Of a DNA stretch of 64,000 nucleotides, positions 11,693-25,300 are shown one piece after another. Below the pieces are notes generated by a model. It did no database searches. It worked only from the letters and a program-made list of their open reading frames with translations, and was not told the origin of the DNA. Within the stretch, counting starts at the first letter, position 1. Every line of letters starts with the position of its first letter. The DNA lies in NCBI GenBank assembly GCA_965113315.1, contig OZ220365.1. One strand, written 5' to 3'. Both the position numbers and the translations under genes were made by a program. This stretch comes from Podarcis vaucheri (Eukaryota).

Positions 11693-12108
11693 TCCGAGAC
11701 CAGGGAGAAGAGTCGGTGGAAGAAGATTGGAAGAAGTTTAAAGACTATTTACAGAAATATTGTAAAATTAATGAATGTTAGAATGATGTTGGATAGAAAT
11801 CAAGGGGTTTTCAGCTGTAATACTATAAAGGAATATGAAAAATGGATTATTAATAGGTAAAAATTTAATGTTACAATAGCTTAAGATTAAAGACTAGGAT
11901 AAACAAAGAGGGGAAGGATTTGCTGAACCAACAAACTGAACTGGAATACAAAAAAGGGAGGCGTGAGGAGGTCCGGGAAATAAGCTAATGAAAAATAAGT
12001 AATGGAAAGAATGAGTTGTTTTTAACTATTTTTATTTTGTATTTTTTTACTTTTTATTTTTATTTTGTAATACTTTGAAAATTTTAATAAATATCTTATA
12101 AAGAAAAA
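11693..12108 (+). mobile_element. 5'-truncated L1-type LINE 3' end
   Basis: 18-bp TSD aaggaaccataacaggga (11675-11692, 12109-12126); C-terminal peptide EEDWKKFKDYLQKYC*; AATAAA followed by A-rich tail. Confidence 0.8.
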
Positions 12109-15100
12109 AAGGAACCATAACAGGGAATCCTCAGAGCCCTCGTGAAACGTTGACTTTAGTCTAGACTTTGCTCCCAGTGGCTGACTCTCCCACCTGCGCC
12201 TCCTTTTGCTCTTCAAAAACCTGCTCCACAGGGCAGGGGGGAATCCTCTGGGATATTGAGGTGGGCATCAGAGGGAGAGGGATCATAAAAATTGCCACCT
12301 CCCTCCACCCTTCTGCTAGAGGAATCGCTTCACTGGAACCCATGCTTTCCATAGATGGAAGAAAGGAGCTCTTTCATTGGTGGAAAGCTAAGTTTGGATC
12401 CAACTGTGGATGGGTGAACCAGTCTGTTTTGGTTTCTCTCAGCTTTTCATTTTTGAAATCTATAGCTCAGCCACACACTCAGGTGTGTCCACACATCTCC
12501 CTGTGTCCACACGTGGTTTAAAAAGCACAACTTTAGGTAATATGATGCAACTTTGCATCCAGTCAGTAGCATTCTATGTTGCTCATAGCAAGTGTGCATG
12601 AAAGAATGTATTGAGTTCTCATTGTTATGTACGAAGGAAATCTATTTTGAGGTTGAGCTGGTGTTTGCTTTTTATCTCCCATCCCCGTACTAGCTTGTAG
12701 TTCTATGGACAATCCTGACTTCCCAGCTCTTGAAGTTTCCCTTCCTCTCTGGATCAATAAATTCAGCAACACATCAGTCCTAGATAGCAAATGTGCATCT
12801 GCAAAAGATGGCAAATTCCTGTGGGTTTCTACCCTGGCACAAAGAAGTGTTTGATCTGTATGCGATGTCATGGCTGATGAGTGATACATTATCCTCATCT
12901 GAGATTGTTAGTTCAATAGCAGATGGCCCAGTCCTTAATTTTAACATCAGACCGAACTGTTTTTGATTCACTGAGAGGCTGGCTTTCCAATGTATTATAA
13001 AGTGCCCTTATCTTTTAAATTTTCTTCTTCCAGCTACTTGTTTTGGGATAGCTCTTGTGCTTTTTCCAGCTGGAGCAGCGTTGTTCAATCCATTTTGGAT
13101 GTGAGAATTTGCAACAACAATAACAACAAATGTCTGATACCTTTCACACTCCATCCTGTGTAATACCTAACGTGCCTAGAGGTAATGGTGGAGCTGCACA
13201 TTTCATGGAGCTCTGTATTTGTTCTTTTTCTTTTCTATTATGCAGTGTAACAACTGAGGTTGCAGTTGGAAGGATAGAACTAATGTAGTGAAAAAGAGAC
13301 GTCTTTAAAAAATCATTTAAAAATCCTGGAATTACCCATTCGGTGCAGAAAGATCTTGCAACACCGCTGCTACATGTGCAAAATATGCTTTTCATATGTG
13401 AAACTTAATTTGCTTTGTTTTAAATCTGTTCCTAAGGTGAATACAAAAGCTACATAGGCTGGGAACTATTTGAGTGAGATATGTTTAGGTTTACTTTTAA
13501 GAAGTCCACTTTCTTTCCTGAAACTTGGCTGGATGTGACTCTAAGTTTGAGAGAGGAATCTTCCGATATTGGATTTAAAAGTGGGCTAAGCTAATTTGAT
13601 CCAGGTGGATCATGACCTAGATTAGATCATGAGTCCATTTTATATCATGAGTTCAAAACTATCTTTAAAAGCTCCAGATTATATTATCCAGCTGCCCTCA
13701 GCCTGGAACAGCTCCTGCATGTAGCTCCTTGCTGCCAGACTTTTTTTTTTAATTTACAATAGAGTAAGTCCCCCTGGGAGCAACAGGACTTGCCCTATTG
13801 GGGCAACCATATTTTTTGTGTCCAATTCCCTCTTGGAGTGATGTAACATCATCAAGTCCCACCACTCCCAGAGAACTTGCTTGCCCTCTGGTGCCACCTA
13901 TGGCTCTGTTATTAGTGGGTATAGCCAATGAAGTTGTCCCATTAATGCAATAACTTTTACTTGTGCAACAGAACTTCCCCACCATCTCCGGCTCCTGCAT
14001 GTGCCCCCAAATTTGTTTTGAAGTTTCCCACAATGCTCCAGAGCAGATATGTGGTGTGGCAGGGTGCATGGGAATTGGAGAAAGAGAGAAAGCAACAACT
14101 TGAAATTTAATACTGTTCCTAATATGTTATATGTATTTGGTAAAAAGAGTTTTATTTGGGGCAGTGGGGAAATGGATCTCACAGCCAAGCTGAATCTCTT
14201 TCAGGGGGATCTATAAAATTAAAAGATAGACTTTATATCCATAGCTAAACTCTAATACAGTCGTTATGACTTGTTTTTTTATAAATGGTTCAATGGCTAA
14301 CACACAATTCTACAAAAATAAAAATTAAGGACCAAAAACCAAACAATCTCAGAAACATACGAGGCCAAAACAACAGCCCTACATCCTAGGCCTTACTCAG
14401 TCATTTGACAAGATGCCAAAAGTGGTCTAGATTTGAAATGGATGGGGGGGGGGAATCCAACCAAACAAAAATCTTTCTTAAAAAGCAACAAAGCATTTTG
14501 ACATTTCTGAGGAGCTTTATTTGAAAGAAGGACATTACAACTGTATAAAAGATGTTTGGTTGTGTGTGTGTTTTTTATCAGCCTTCGTAAAACCGAGCAG
14601 TGCTTATACATGTGTAAACAGAAATCCCTGAGCTGAGCTGGTGATTTGCTTTATAAATCAGATAATTAAGGATGTGGCTGAGGGAGGCTCAGTATTTACC
14701 ATTGCCTTTTATTTACTATTTAATAGCTAAACGTGTTATGCTGTATAAATCTTGAAACAGCTTGATTGTAAAACATGTTCTCTAAAGTCAATGGGCCTTC
14801 CCTACTGAGTCCTAAAACTCGTGAAAAATGGGCAGTATCAATAAACACCAACCTTTGTACCAATAAATATGTTCCCCTCATTACTTGGTGAGCCAGAGGC
14901 ATGCAGATATTAAAGGCCCCATTCTCCCTTATATAGCAATTGCATGTGCAGTGAGGGAAGAAATCCAGTTTAGGGCAACACTTTGCTAAGTTTCCGGTAT
15001 TACTTTCTAGGGTGGAGAGAGAAGACATAATCATCCCATACAAAAGAAGCCAAGTGATTTGCCTCCATTTCATAGGTATTTACCAGAAGAAGATGTGGGT

Positions 15101-15189
15101 CACTGTTCCCTCTTCACCCACGCCCATTGTGCCCCTCCATTGCTCCTTCTATCACTATTTTTTCTCTGCTCTATCTAAGAATGAGGGAG

Positions 15190-15620
15190 AAATTAGATTT
15201 TGTTTTCATTTTAATGAGAAATGGACTAATTCACACTTCTTGAACCAATATTCAAAGCAAAACACAGTCACCCTTTGAAATTCACATTTCTCTGAATTTT
15301 GGGATAGCGTGCTCCAGCCACACAGTGTGCACAAAAATCCACACAGTAGAGGAAAAGTATACATAAATTGTATATATTGGTGAAAATAAACAGTCACAAA
15401 TGCATTGCATTGGAGGAATTACTTGCAAAAATGTGCATATTAGTCAAACTGCATATAAAAAAATGTGTTTATTAGGGGAAATTTGCACTAACATGTTTAC
15501 AAATTATCATGAGGATTAAAAGAAAAATTACCGAGTGTTGAGGTGATGCAGGGAACTGAATTTAAGATGGGAAAAATGAAGAATCAGAGGAACCAAAACT
15601 GACAAATTTGCCCATCCGTA
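15190..15620. repeat. Old interspersed repeat family, probably DNA-transposon-derived (inverted copies at ~24240-24620, 36685-37220, 57110-57260)
   Basis: Shared AT-rich body with tgcatattag / aaatttgcacta / gggaaaaatga motifs across copies. Confidence 0.55.
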
Positions 15621-18600
15621 ATAAATCATCCCGAAAACATGTATGTGTTTTTGCACAGACATGTAAGTTACTAATTCACAACACCTCCAGACTCACTTCT
15701 GCCCTTTATATTAAGTAACATATTCCAGTGCCTTAAAATAAATATGGCAACCCCTTTGCATGTGACTTGTGGCAGTATTGAAACCTTGGACTGACTTTTG
15801 AAATGAACTTGTTGATAAAATTTGACCAACTCACATTTATTCTTTTATGCTGCATTTGGGGGTTCGTGGTGTTGGATGATGGATTCAGAAGATCCACATT
15901 CATCAGCCATTTTAAGTCTGTACTTCCCCCCACAAACCCATGCTATTTGGGGGTTCACGTAAGAGATTCTGGATTCACTCAATAACACCACTGTGAGACA
16001 TTTTGGTTCAAGCCCACTTATTGAAGATTTGAAGGGTGTTTCTGTCTACACTTGTCCTTACAATGGGATTACCAAGGGTGTTCTCATTTTCTTCTTTATC
16101 TCCAAAGGGAGCTTCCCTTCTTATGCAAGCAGCAGCCCTGGAAGGCTGTGTGTGTAAAAGGTGGATCAGGACTATGTTGTGAAGGGGAAGTGATTTAACC
16201 CTTTATCTCTGCTACAGCCCCAGTCCAGATCTCTCTGCTTTATGTGACTATTTACTAAACTTCAAGTAGCACGATTGTTGCCACATCTCGTTTGCCCCTA
16301 AGAAGATTCCATTTTCTAGATAAGCCCCCGTGTCATTTTCCATAGGGTATCTATCTCTTTCCTTGCTATCATAAGATTCATTTTCCCAGAAAGACAACTA
16401 TAAAACCAAATAAGCTGGCTTGATATGAACTGTTGCAAATGTTTGACAAAACTTTGTTCCTCACAGCAACTGCTTCTGCTTAAGCCTTTAAAAAATTATC
16501 ATAATGAAAGCATGCTCATAATTTCATATATCCATATATCCTCAGTCCATCAAAACACACAAACACACTCCCAATCAAATTGTCAGCAACAGCAAAAAGC
16601 TCTTTGGAGAGAGACGGTGGGGTGGAAAGCAGGACTAAATATAAAATGTTATGGCCTAGCAAGAGATTCATCAGGTGAGTTCCTGCTCTTCTGTTTTAGA
16701 TTTGCTTCCTTTCAGGTAGGGCTGGGACCACTATTATAGGCTTTGGCAAGCTGGCATTCTTCAGAGATTTTGGACTTCAACTCCCATTAGCCCCAGTCAG
16801 TAATAATAAGGATGATGATTAATCACCACCATCATCATCTTATTTATACCCCACCCATTTGGCTGGGTAGCGAACTGCTGCTTACCTGACCTCCTGCTGG
16901 TGCACCTGCACTGCATTGACCGAACCACTGCCTCCCACTTCCTATTACGCTACAGTGATGGCAGTGATAGGTAATGGGAGATCAGGTTATAGGAGGTCAA
17001 GTAAAGAGCTCTGCCCTGCCAACCACTACTGGTTGCAGCACAGCACAACTAATGGGAGGTGTAGCCCAAAGCATCTGGAGGATTCCAGGCTCATGAAGGT
17101 TGGATTGGGACCATTTTAGACTTAACACGTGAATCCATTCCCTGCATATGAACGAAACAGGAAGTCCATTTTCAGAGGAGGTGTTATTTGCCCATTCCTG
17201 AAGAAACAAAGAGCAGCAGCAGAAGAAAGTCCTCACAACCCTCACCACCACCAAACACTGTCAGTCTTTTGTTTCCCATATGGAGAGCAAGTTTTGCTGC
17301 TCAAGCTTCACCTTTGCCCTTTCTATTTCTTATTTCCAGCATGGGTTTCATTCATTCCTTTTACATATGCTCCATATGGGTGTCTGCCACCAGACAAGGA
17401 GCAAGCTTTGCACGTTTGATGAAAAGAACAGCCCTGATCAATTACTCACTGCCAATGGTTTTCACAACAAATATATTATTTGGGGAGGGGTGGGGAGGTT
17501 ATATATATATATGTGAATTATTGCTTTGAACAGGCAGAGCCAAATTTCCCTTTGCATTTACAAGAGATGACTTGGTGGACGTCTTGAGGAATTCACCAGT
17601 GTACATTAAAGAAGTGTGAGACAGTTTGCATAAATATGCAGGCTTCGTGTTTTGGCCAAATGCATTAAGAATTTGTTTTTCAGGACTTCTCTTGTTTTCT
17701 TGAATTACAACATTTGAGCAATATACTATAATTCTGCAAGCAGAATTGGAGAGTTTGACATTATGTGGTCCTTGAAACAGTATACATTCACAAAAAAATA
17801 TTGTGCACTGCTGCAAAAAAAAAAGGGGGGGAGAAAATTAAGGCACAGGCTGTGGGGAAAAACAACACAAGTCCTTCTTCTGTTTTTATTGTTTTACAAC
17901 AACCATGTTGTTTTCAGCATTACAGCCGGTAAAATAATTTCTGTCTATGGAGGAGTGATATATTGCTCTTTTAAAACAAGGCTTATGCTTCTCCCCCTCC
18001 CCTTCTTCTCCGGGGCCCTGGCGTATGGATGTATGGAGAGGTGCCTACCTAATTGGCCACAAGAGAGGATTAAATTAAATAAAATCACAATCCACAGGGG
18101 GGCTCTAAATATGGCTTTTTAATTTGGAAAAAAAAATGTGGGTTACAGTGTAATTCAAGCTTTTCAAGGTTTATTAGTGCATAGCTGTTCACACAGCTTG
18201 CAAAGCCCTGGTCTCTGGGTGTGTGATGAGATGCCGGCCAACATTAGCACCAAAAGATGAACCACTTGCCGACAGCTGCAAAACACCCTTTGTTTGTGTG
18301 ACACAACAACAACAGTTCTACTGTCAATGGCACATGCCAGAACACTGTGATGAAGGTAGCAGTGGACTACAGTCGGTAGCTGGTCCTTGAGGTGGAAGCC
18401 ACTGGAGCGGAGGCAGGGGACAGTCTGAAACGACCCCTTCAATGAAGATGTTGCAAAGAGAGACGTGAGCAAATGCCATTCCTCCCCCCCCCCATGTGTT
18501 CTCTGCAATTAAAACCCAAACAGCCGGCTTTGGGGTGACTAATTGCCGTGGAAGGAGAAGGAAGCAAGAGCGTTGGTTGCTGTGAAGCTGTTAATGGAGA

Positions 18601-19214
18601 ACTTATGGAGAGAAAGTCCGAGCCCTCTTGTCCAAATTGGAATGTGATGGAAATCTGTTGGAAGGTGATGACAGAAATGAAGTAAAACAGTTGTTTCCTG
18701 ATCCGTGTGCCAGATGTGTCACATACTGTGATAAATAAGATCTGCATCTTACACTCCAGAAACTGGGGAATATTATGAGCGTTTATTACAGCAAGGTACT
18801 CAAAAAAATAAAATGTACTTGAAATGCGCTGTTACTTCTGGCATCAAGCAGTGCACAATTATTGCTCAATGCCTGGAGCTGCTAATTCTTTTGTTTAGCT
18901 TCAAACCAACAAAGCCTATTAAAAGCTTACATTCAATTTATTGTTAAGGTATTTATTAACTGATTATGAAAAGACATTAAAGGGTTCATAATTAAATGGT
19001 AACATTGGCCCTTAAGTTGATTATCCTCTCCAAGTCTTCTCCTCTCCTACTGAATGGACATCCATGCAACAAAATATATTTGTTGTTAATTGAACCACCA
19101 CTAGCCTGAGAGTTGACAACCCTATCTACAACTTAAACCAAAATAATTGGGCTTATATAAATTTCCCATCTGGGTGTTCATTAGATCATTCATATCTATA
19201 TTTATTTTTCATCT

Positions 19215-19470
19215 TATTTTATATCCCACCCTTCCACCCAGAGGTGCCCAGGGCAACAAACAACAAATGATGAAACAATAAAAAATATCTTAAAAGGAAT
19301 TCTAATACAGGTGCAGAATGGGGAAGATCTCAACTTAAAACATTTATGGAGAGAGGATGTTGGTCAATAGGTGCCCAAAGGACACAGAGGCTTCTGTCAT
19401 ATTCAAAGGGAAGCGAATTCCAAAGGGTAAGTGCCACAACATTAGAGGACTGATTCCTACACTACAAAGA
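19215..19470 (-). mobile_element. Old L2 3' fragment
   Basis: tttatatcccaccctt..cccagggcaacaaac, typical of the antisense L2 3' end seen at 38965-39020. Confidence 0.5.
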
Positions 19471-20285
19471 CACCTTGATAAGATGGTATATCTGTATGAA
19501 CCCATTACCTTCAGAGCCCAGTGACTGATTGGCCCAAGCCTGATCCAGGTAAAGGGGATCATGGTTTATGGGGGTTGTGTGCCTCCTGCAAGGCAGGAGC
19601 CTGAACTGGAGGATGGGGAGGGGTCTGATAAGTCAGAGGTGGTGGAGGAAGGACAGGACATGCCTGGAGCTGAGGGAGAGACAGTGCCCGAAGAAGGGGG
19701 AAGAATCCCACCCGTTCCCTCTTTCTCTGTCTCCTGGACCAGGAAGGGCTTCAAGAGGCAGGCACAGCAAAAACTTCCATGTAGGAGGAATTGCAGGTTG
19801 CTTGCACTTGTGCTGTCAGGCAAAGGTACTTGAATTTGGGCTAGAGGTGTGGCCACCCATTGCTCCAACAGTCCAGCTCAGAGCATAAGCCCAGGGAGGG
19901 GCACCAGCTACCTAGCCACCAGAAGCACGTGTGTTTCGTGCATCTTAGAAGCAGGGGTGGGTTTAGATGAAGAGAGGCCCTAGGCTCCTCTGCTTGTGAG
20001 GCCCCTCCCCATCCCCACCCTCATGACTAGAAGAAAATAGAAGAGTGTAATAAACAAAATTGTGTGAAGCCAAGGATGATGACGGGTATTTAAAATTCTG
20101 CAATTCACAATTTCTGCTCTAAAAGACGTAAGATGTTATTGTTAAATACCATGGTCATTAAAAAAAATGCATAAAATTAACACTGAAAAACATTTGCAAT
20201 AGCTGAACTTTGTGAACATTTTGTGGAATAAGCATTATTTTTTAGGAAAATGAAGTTGTAATGTTATCCTGGGCAGGCCTCAGGC

Positions 20286-20529
20286 AATCTCATCCTTTAT
20301 TTCCACACTGTGTCTGCAGACCAAAGCATTCGTCAGGAGAGCTGTGAGATTCAGGTGAGGGTTAGATGCCTTGTCAATCCCAGCAGGTATATAACAGGAT
20401 GGGCAGGCCGGGTCTTCCTGTTATATACCTGCTGGGATTGACAAGGCATCTAACCCTCACCTGAATCTCATAGCTCTCCTGACGAGTGCTTTGGTCTGCA
20501 ACCACAGTGTGGAAATAAAGGATGAGATT
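20286..20529. repeat. Long inverted repeat, 114-bp arms, 16-nt spacer
   Basis: 20286-20399 is the reverse complement of 20416-20529 with 4 mismatches. Confidence 0.95.
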
Positions 20530-22119
20530 TCCCACCAGGCACTCTACTATTCAAATTAGGCCCCAGTGTTTTTGTTACAATCCCCTTCTCAATTAAGTAA
20601 TCGATTTTAATCTAGAATTCATATTCTCAAAACTTTCTTATTTGTTAATTCGAGCAAGTAAACTACTGCTTTCACTTCATTACAAACAGTATTTCTATCT
20701 GCAACACACTTGAGCAAACCTGCTCCTCTTCCTTTCACATATATTTTGTTGCCATTTGCAACTGTAGCTGTCTGTGATTCGTTATCATTTAACTCTTGGG
20801 GAAAATAATTAGCATCACAAGTCATGTGCATGGAAGTTGCCGAACCAATTAACTAACTAGAAGGATTACTTTTAATAGCATCAGTTTTCCTATAACTTGA
20901 TGTTGCTGGATAGTTCTGATGTATGCCTTGCTCTTCCCAGGCCTCCTCTCTTTTGGCCTGTATTTTAGAGCTTTATAATTAGGAAAACTTTGGAAGAACT
21001 GGTTGATAAGTCTTACAGGCACTGACGTATGAGCAGATTTTATTTGCTGCTATTTTGGGCTTCTGGTGCACCAGGGTTTACACCAGTGTAATAGAGTTGG
21101 CCAGGGTGCCAGAAGGGATACAATTTATGAGCTTTCTCCATTATCTGCACAGCAGGGGGTGTTCAGTCAACAGTGCAAAGGCTGAGCTGAAGCATTCTCT
21201 GCTGGCTACCTGCTTTCAGCAACAGGGGTCGCTGTTTGGTAGTACCCAATTGGTACTACCCAATTGTCAGATTCTAGAGCTTCCTATTGGTGGCTCTTAG
21301 GTAATTCACAAAACACAGAGTCCATTCATAAAACACAGTATTCATTCATAAAGCAGTAACATAAATATCCATTGCTACATATTGGGTGCATATTTCAGTG
21401 GTTGAACGTACAGGTTTATGACCATGCTGTCGTGTAGTGCTTATGCAACTGTGAATAAAAGATGACTGGGCTCATTGTCTGGGGGTTTGGGGGGGAGAGG
21501 TAGCAAAACTGATTTACAATAAGTGCCCCCCCTTATTTCCATAACAAGTCCTTGAGTCTGTACTCTGAATAGTGACACCAAGGACCTTCTCAGTCCAACC
21601 CCTGCATAGTCTCATCAGGGCTGACCTTAAGGCAATTGGAGCAATTTGGCCAAATTGGGCCACTCCAAAATGCCCCCCCCCGCACCAAGGCAATCTAGAT
21701 GGATTTTATTTATATCTATAAGATTTTGCAGACTTTGGCTGTGAACTGGGGCCCTACAAAAAAATAATAATCAAGATGTGCCCCACTGCTTCAAATTGGG
21801 CCCCCTGGCTAGCCCCGAGTCTCATAGTTGCTGGGCCTGAGTTGCCCTGCCCTTGCAGGAAGTCTTGGGTTTGCAATTTTGGGAGAGGGGAGACTCCTCG
21901 CTAGGGATTGGGTGGGCTGGCGAAGCCCCCTAGATTTAGAGGCCATGGGCTTCAGCCTACTTAGCCTATACATAAATCCAGCACTGCTTACAAGGTACTG
22001 TTAGTTCATGCTTTGCCAGTAAAGAATTAAACTACGAGCCTTTTGTTCTCCTTTGGCTGGGTGTGCTCAGCCAAAGACTGAGCTAATCTTTCAGGTATCC
22101 TGGTCTCCCAAATTCATAC

Positions 22120-22390
22120 ACTAAAACCAGCACCTTGAGCTCAGCCCTGTAGGCAGCCAATGCAATCCTTTTGACAGCAGGGTAATGTGTTGGCGATAGC
22201 CTACCCCAGTGAGAACTCAACAACTCCATTTTGTACCAACCTCAAGGGCAGCCCCACACAGAGCACATTGCAGTAATCCAACCTGAAGGTTAGCAGTGCA
22301 TGGACAGTGGTCAGGCTATCCTGCTCCAGTCCAAGCTGGTAGAAGGCACTTCAGTCACTGATATCACCCAATCCTCAGGAGCACTCCCAG
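22120..22390 (-). mobile_element. Decayed L2 RT-region fragment
   Basis: Similar to 39415-39650 of the intact L2 (aaaaccagcacctt..., ggggcagccccac..gagc..attgcagtaatcca). Confidence 0.6.
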
Positions 22391-25300
22391 GGCACACACT
22401 TTTATTAGTTGTGGAAAGCATTTTTTTGTTAACATTAAGGGGGGAGAAGGGAAATCATTTTAACAGATAATCATGCAGTATGGATTTATAAAATGTAATA
22501 TTACAAATGTATTTATAAAATGTTTTATTTGCCACCATGTAATAACTAGCAATAAACAGATCATTTTGAAGAAATTAAAAACCGCCTCCCATTTATTCTC
22601 ACAAAGTTGGTTGATTTGGCCATGATTTCCTTCCTTCCTTCCTGTTTCTTCTTCAGTCTGGGTTAGTGTTGGACCTTCCTTTTGTTAACCTCATAACACC
22701 ATCACGGCCACTTGAAAGCTTGTACTGACAATGGCTTTGTTTGCCAGGAGTAATAAACCCTCAAGTTTCATTATTCTTTCAATCAGCAGCCTTACCAGAC
22801 CCTGTTTCTGCATTCGGCTGCAATCTATTAACCAAACTCCAGCAATGACATCAGGTCAGACTTGGCCCACTGGGATCTGGGGGAGATAATGATCTGGCCC
22901 ACCAACAAGATTCTGTTCCCCACTGCTAGAGTAGCATTTCTATGCTCTGAAAATTCATCTTCCCCACTCAGTGATTTTGCAGCACAGGTTTGCCCAAGTC
23001 ATTAAAAAAAAAAAAATGTGCAGAAACACTGGTGCAGATCAGCTCTGCATGATTTGACAGGAGTAGAGTTTGCACATATACCAGGATTATTGGCCCCTTT
23101 AAAAAATTTTCCTCTTGCATCACTGCAGGCAATGGAGTCAGGCCATGAACTCTTTCCAAAGTCTATTGGTAAATCTTACGAGTGTGGATTGGAGAGGTAC
23201 AAATGACCCTTTAAGCCTTCTCACAACTTTCTTTATGATCTCTCCACTTATATTAGATAGAAACGATTAGGAAGGAAAGTGTGGCCGCTGAGCCCTGCTT
23301 TGCAAGCTGAGATTTGGGGCTTCACATATGTATAGCCAGGTCTTTGCAAGAAGTTATTTGCTGAGAGGAATAGCAGGTAAGAGAAGCCAAGAACAATTTA
23401 ATCAAATGTGTATTACTGGAAATATCCAAGAACAAACCACTGGCTCCTCAGCGTCCCTTCGGACCAACACCAGTTTTGGAAGTTTCAAACTTTGCGTAGT
23501 TGACATCTTCTTACATTTCTAAGAAAGGGAAGGTGGAGGAGCGAGTGGTTAGCAAAAGGGGAATGGGGCTGCATGTGAGACTAATCTAAGAAACACATTA
23601 GGCAATTCACAAGCCTTGTTTTTAACCTTCGTCCAGTAAAAAAGAAAAGAAAAAGAAAAGATGGAGTTTCTATAAAAGCTCTGCAATTTTCACGTTTTCA
23701 GAAGAAATAATCTCATGCCAAGTAATGCAGTCAGGCACTTACTTACATTCCACGTACATGTGCCAAGGGTTATATCCCAGGCTTGGTGTGCTAGTAAAAT
23801 TGGTAGTGTAAATCCAGATAAGGTGTTTAACCACCTCCAAGCTGAGTAATGGGAAGGGCTAAAACACCAGTTTTAAAAGCTTCTCTAGAAATGGACTGCC
23901 ATGGGTTGTGCTGTCACTTACAGAAGCATAGCAAAGCAGGGAGATAAATGATACCGTAGTTGTACTTGGGAAATATTTCAAAGAGGTAACTCTTATGTCA
24001 GGGATGGGTGACCTGTGACCCTACAGATGTTGCTAAACCCCACCCCCAGCAGCCCCAGCTAGCATGGCCAATAGTTAAGAATGATGGGATTTGTAGTTCA
24101 GCAACATCTGGAGTCCTCCACCTCTGATCTAAGTACTACAGAACCTAGATTTCCTCTTTAAAAGTACCCAGGAGCCAAAATGGACAAACTCCCTTGTACC
24201 AGAATAGCAAAAAGCTTTAAGAATAAGCATGTTGCAAAAGGGTATAGAGAAGTCTACCAGCTTTTGTTTCTGCCCATTTCTCATTTTTCCAGACTTATGA
24301 TCAGTTTCCCTAATTAGTACATCAGTTTGATGGTTTATTCGTTTTTTTAAAGTGCTACATAAACATTTGTACATATTTCTCCTAATATGAATATTTTTGT
24401 ACACATTTTCCCCTATTATAATGCATTTTCTATGTTATTTTCACTAATATATTCACTTTGTGTGCACTTCCCCCAATACACACTTTTTGGTATGCTTGCC
24501 TTGGTTGAAAAACTGCATCACAAAATTTGGGGAAGTGGAAATATCAAATGATAGCTGTGTTTCAGTTCAAGAAGTGCAAATTAGGTAGGTTTGCATTATA
24601 ATGCCTCCCCCACCTCTAGCTTCAATGACAGAAAACTCTGCCTGTTGATCTAACTATGGATGGACTCCAGAGGTGATTTCTTTTTGCTTTAAAGACATTG
24701 AGATCTGTTGTGTATGATGGGCTTAATAGGAAGGCACCTTTATCCATACAGGGGAATCAACTACTATCATGGAGCTGGATGATGTAATATGTGTTCAGAT
24801 CTATGTTCTGCCCCCTGCTTTGATCTTTCCGCAGGGACAGTGCAGCCAACAGAAATGGGAGGCAATAGCAGCGGGGAAGTTTTGTATCAAAGCCAAATAA
24901 TGCAGCTGCAGAATTCTGATAAATAACACTCAAGGATACCAAGTTATTTATGTCGGCAGGATAAATATGTGCTTCTTCTATGTTCTCTGTCAGGTCAACA
25001 TATCTGTTCCCCTCTATGAAATCTCATATTCAAATGCTAGCATCTGCTTCAAGGCTTCCATACCATATACTCTTATAACTGCTTGAAGAATCATGGCTTC
25101 CCACAAAGAACCCTGGGTACTGCAGTTTGTTAACAGTGCTGAGAGCTGTTAGGAGACCCTCCTCACAGAGCTACAGTTCTCAACACCCTTAACAAAGTGC
25201 CCTCTGCTTACCCTGAATCCCAGCAATCAGGCTAAGGGAAAAACCTTCTGTTGGCTACAATAGAAGATTTGTTTCAAGGAAGCAGGGTGGGAACCTGTGG

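Noticed and set aside
12563-12971. Minus-strand ORFs of 111 and 63 aa in unique-looking sequence
   Set aside because: No recognisable protein motifs or convincing splice sites.
19561-19888. Acidic/Ser-rich ORFs on both strands
   Set aside because: Purine-rich low-complexity sequence, probably an LTR-type remnant; no coding signature.
20478-20520. CTGACGA...GAAA in the palindrome arm as a hammerhead
   Set aside because: No stem II closes onto GAAA and there is no suitable stem I or III.
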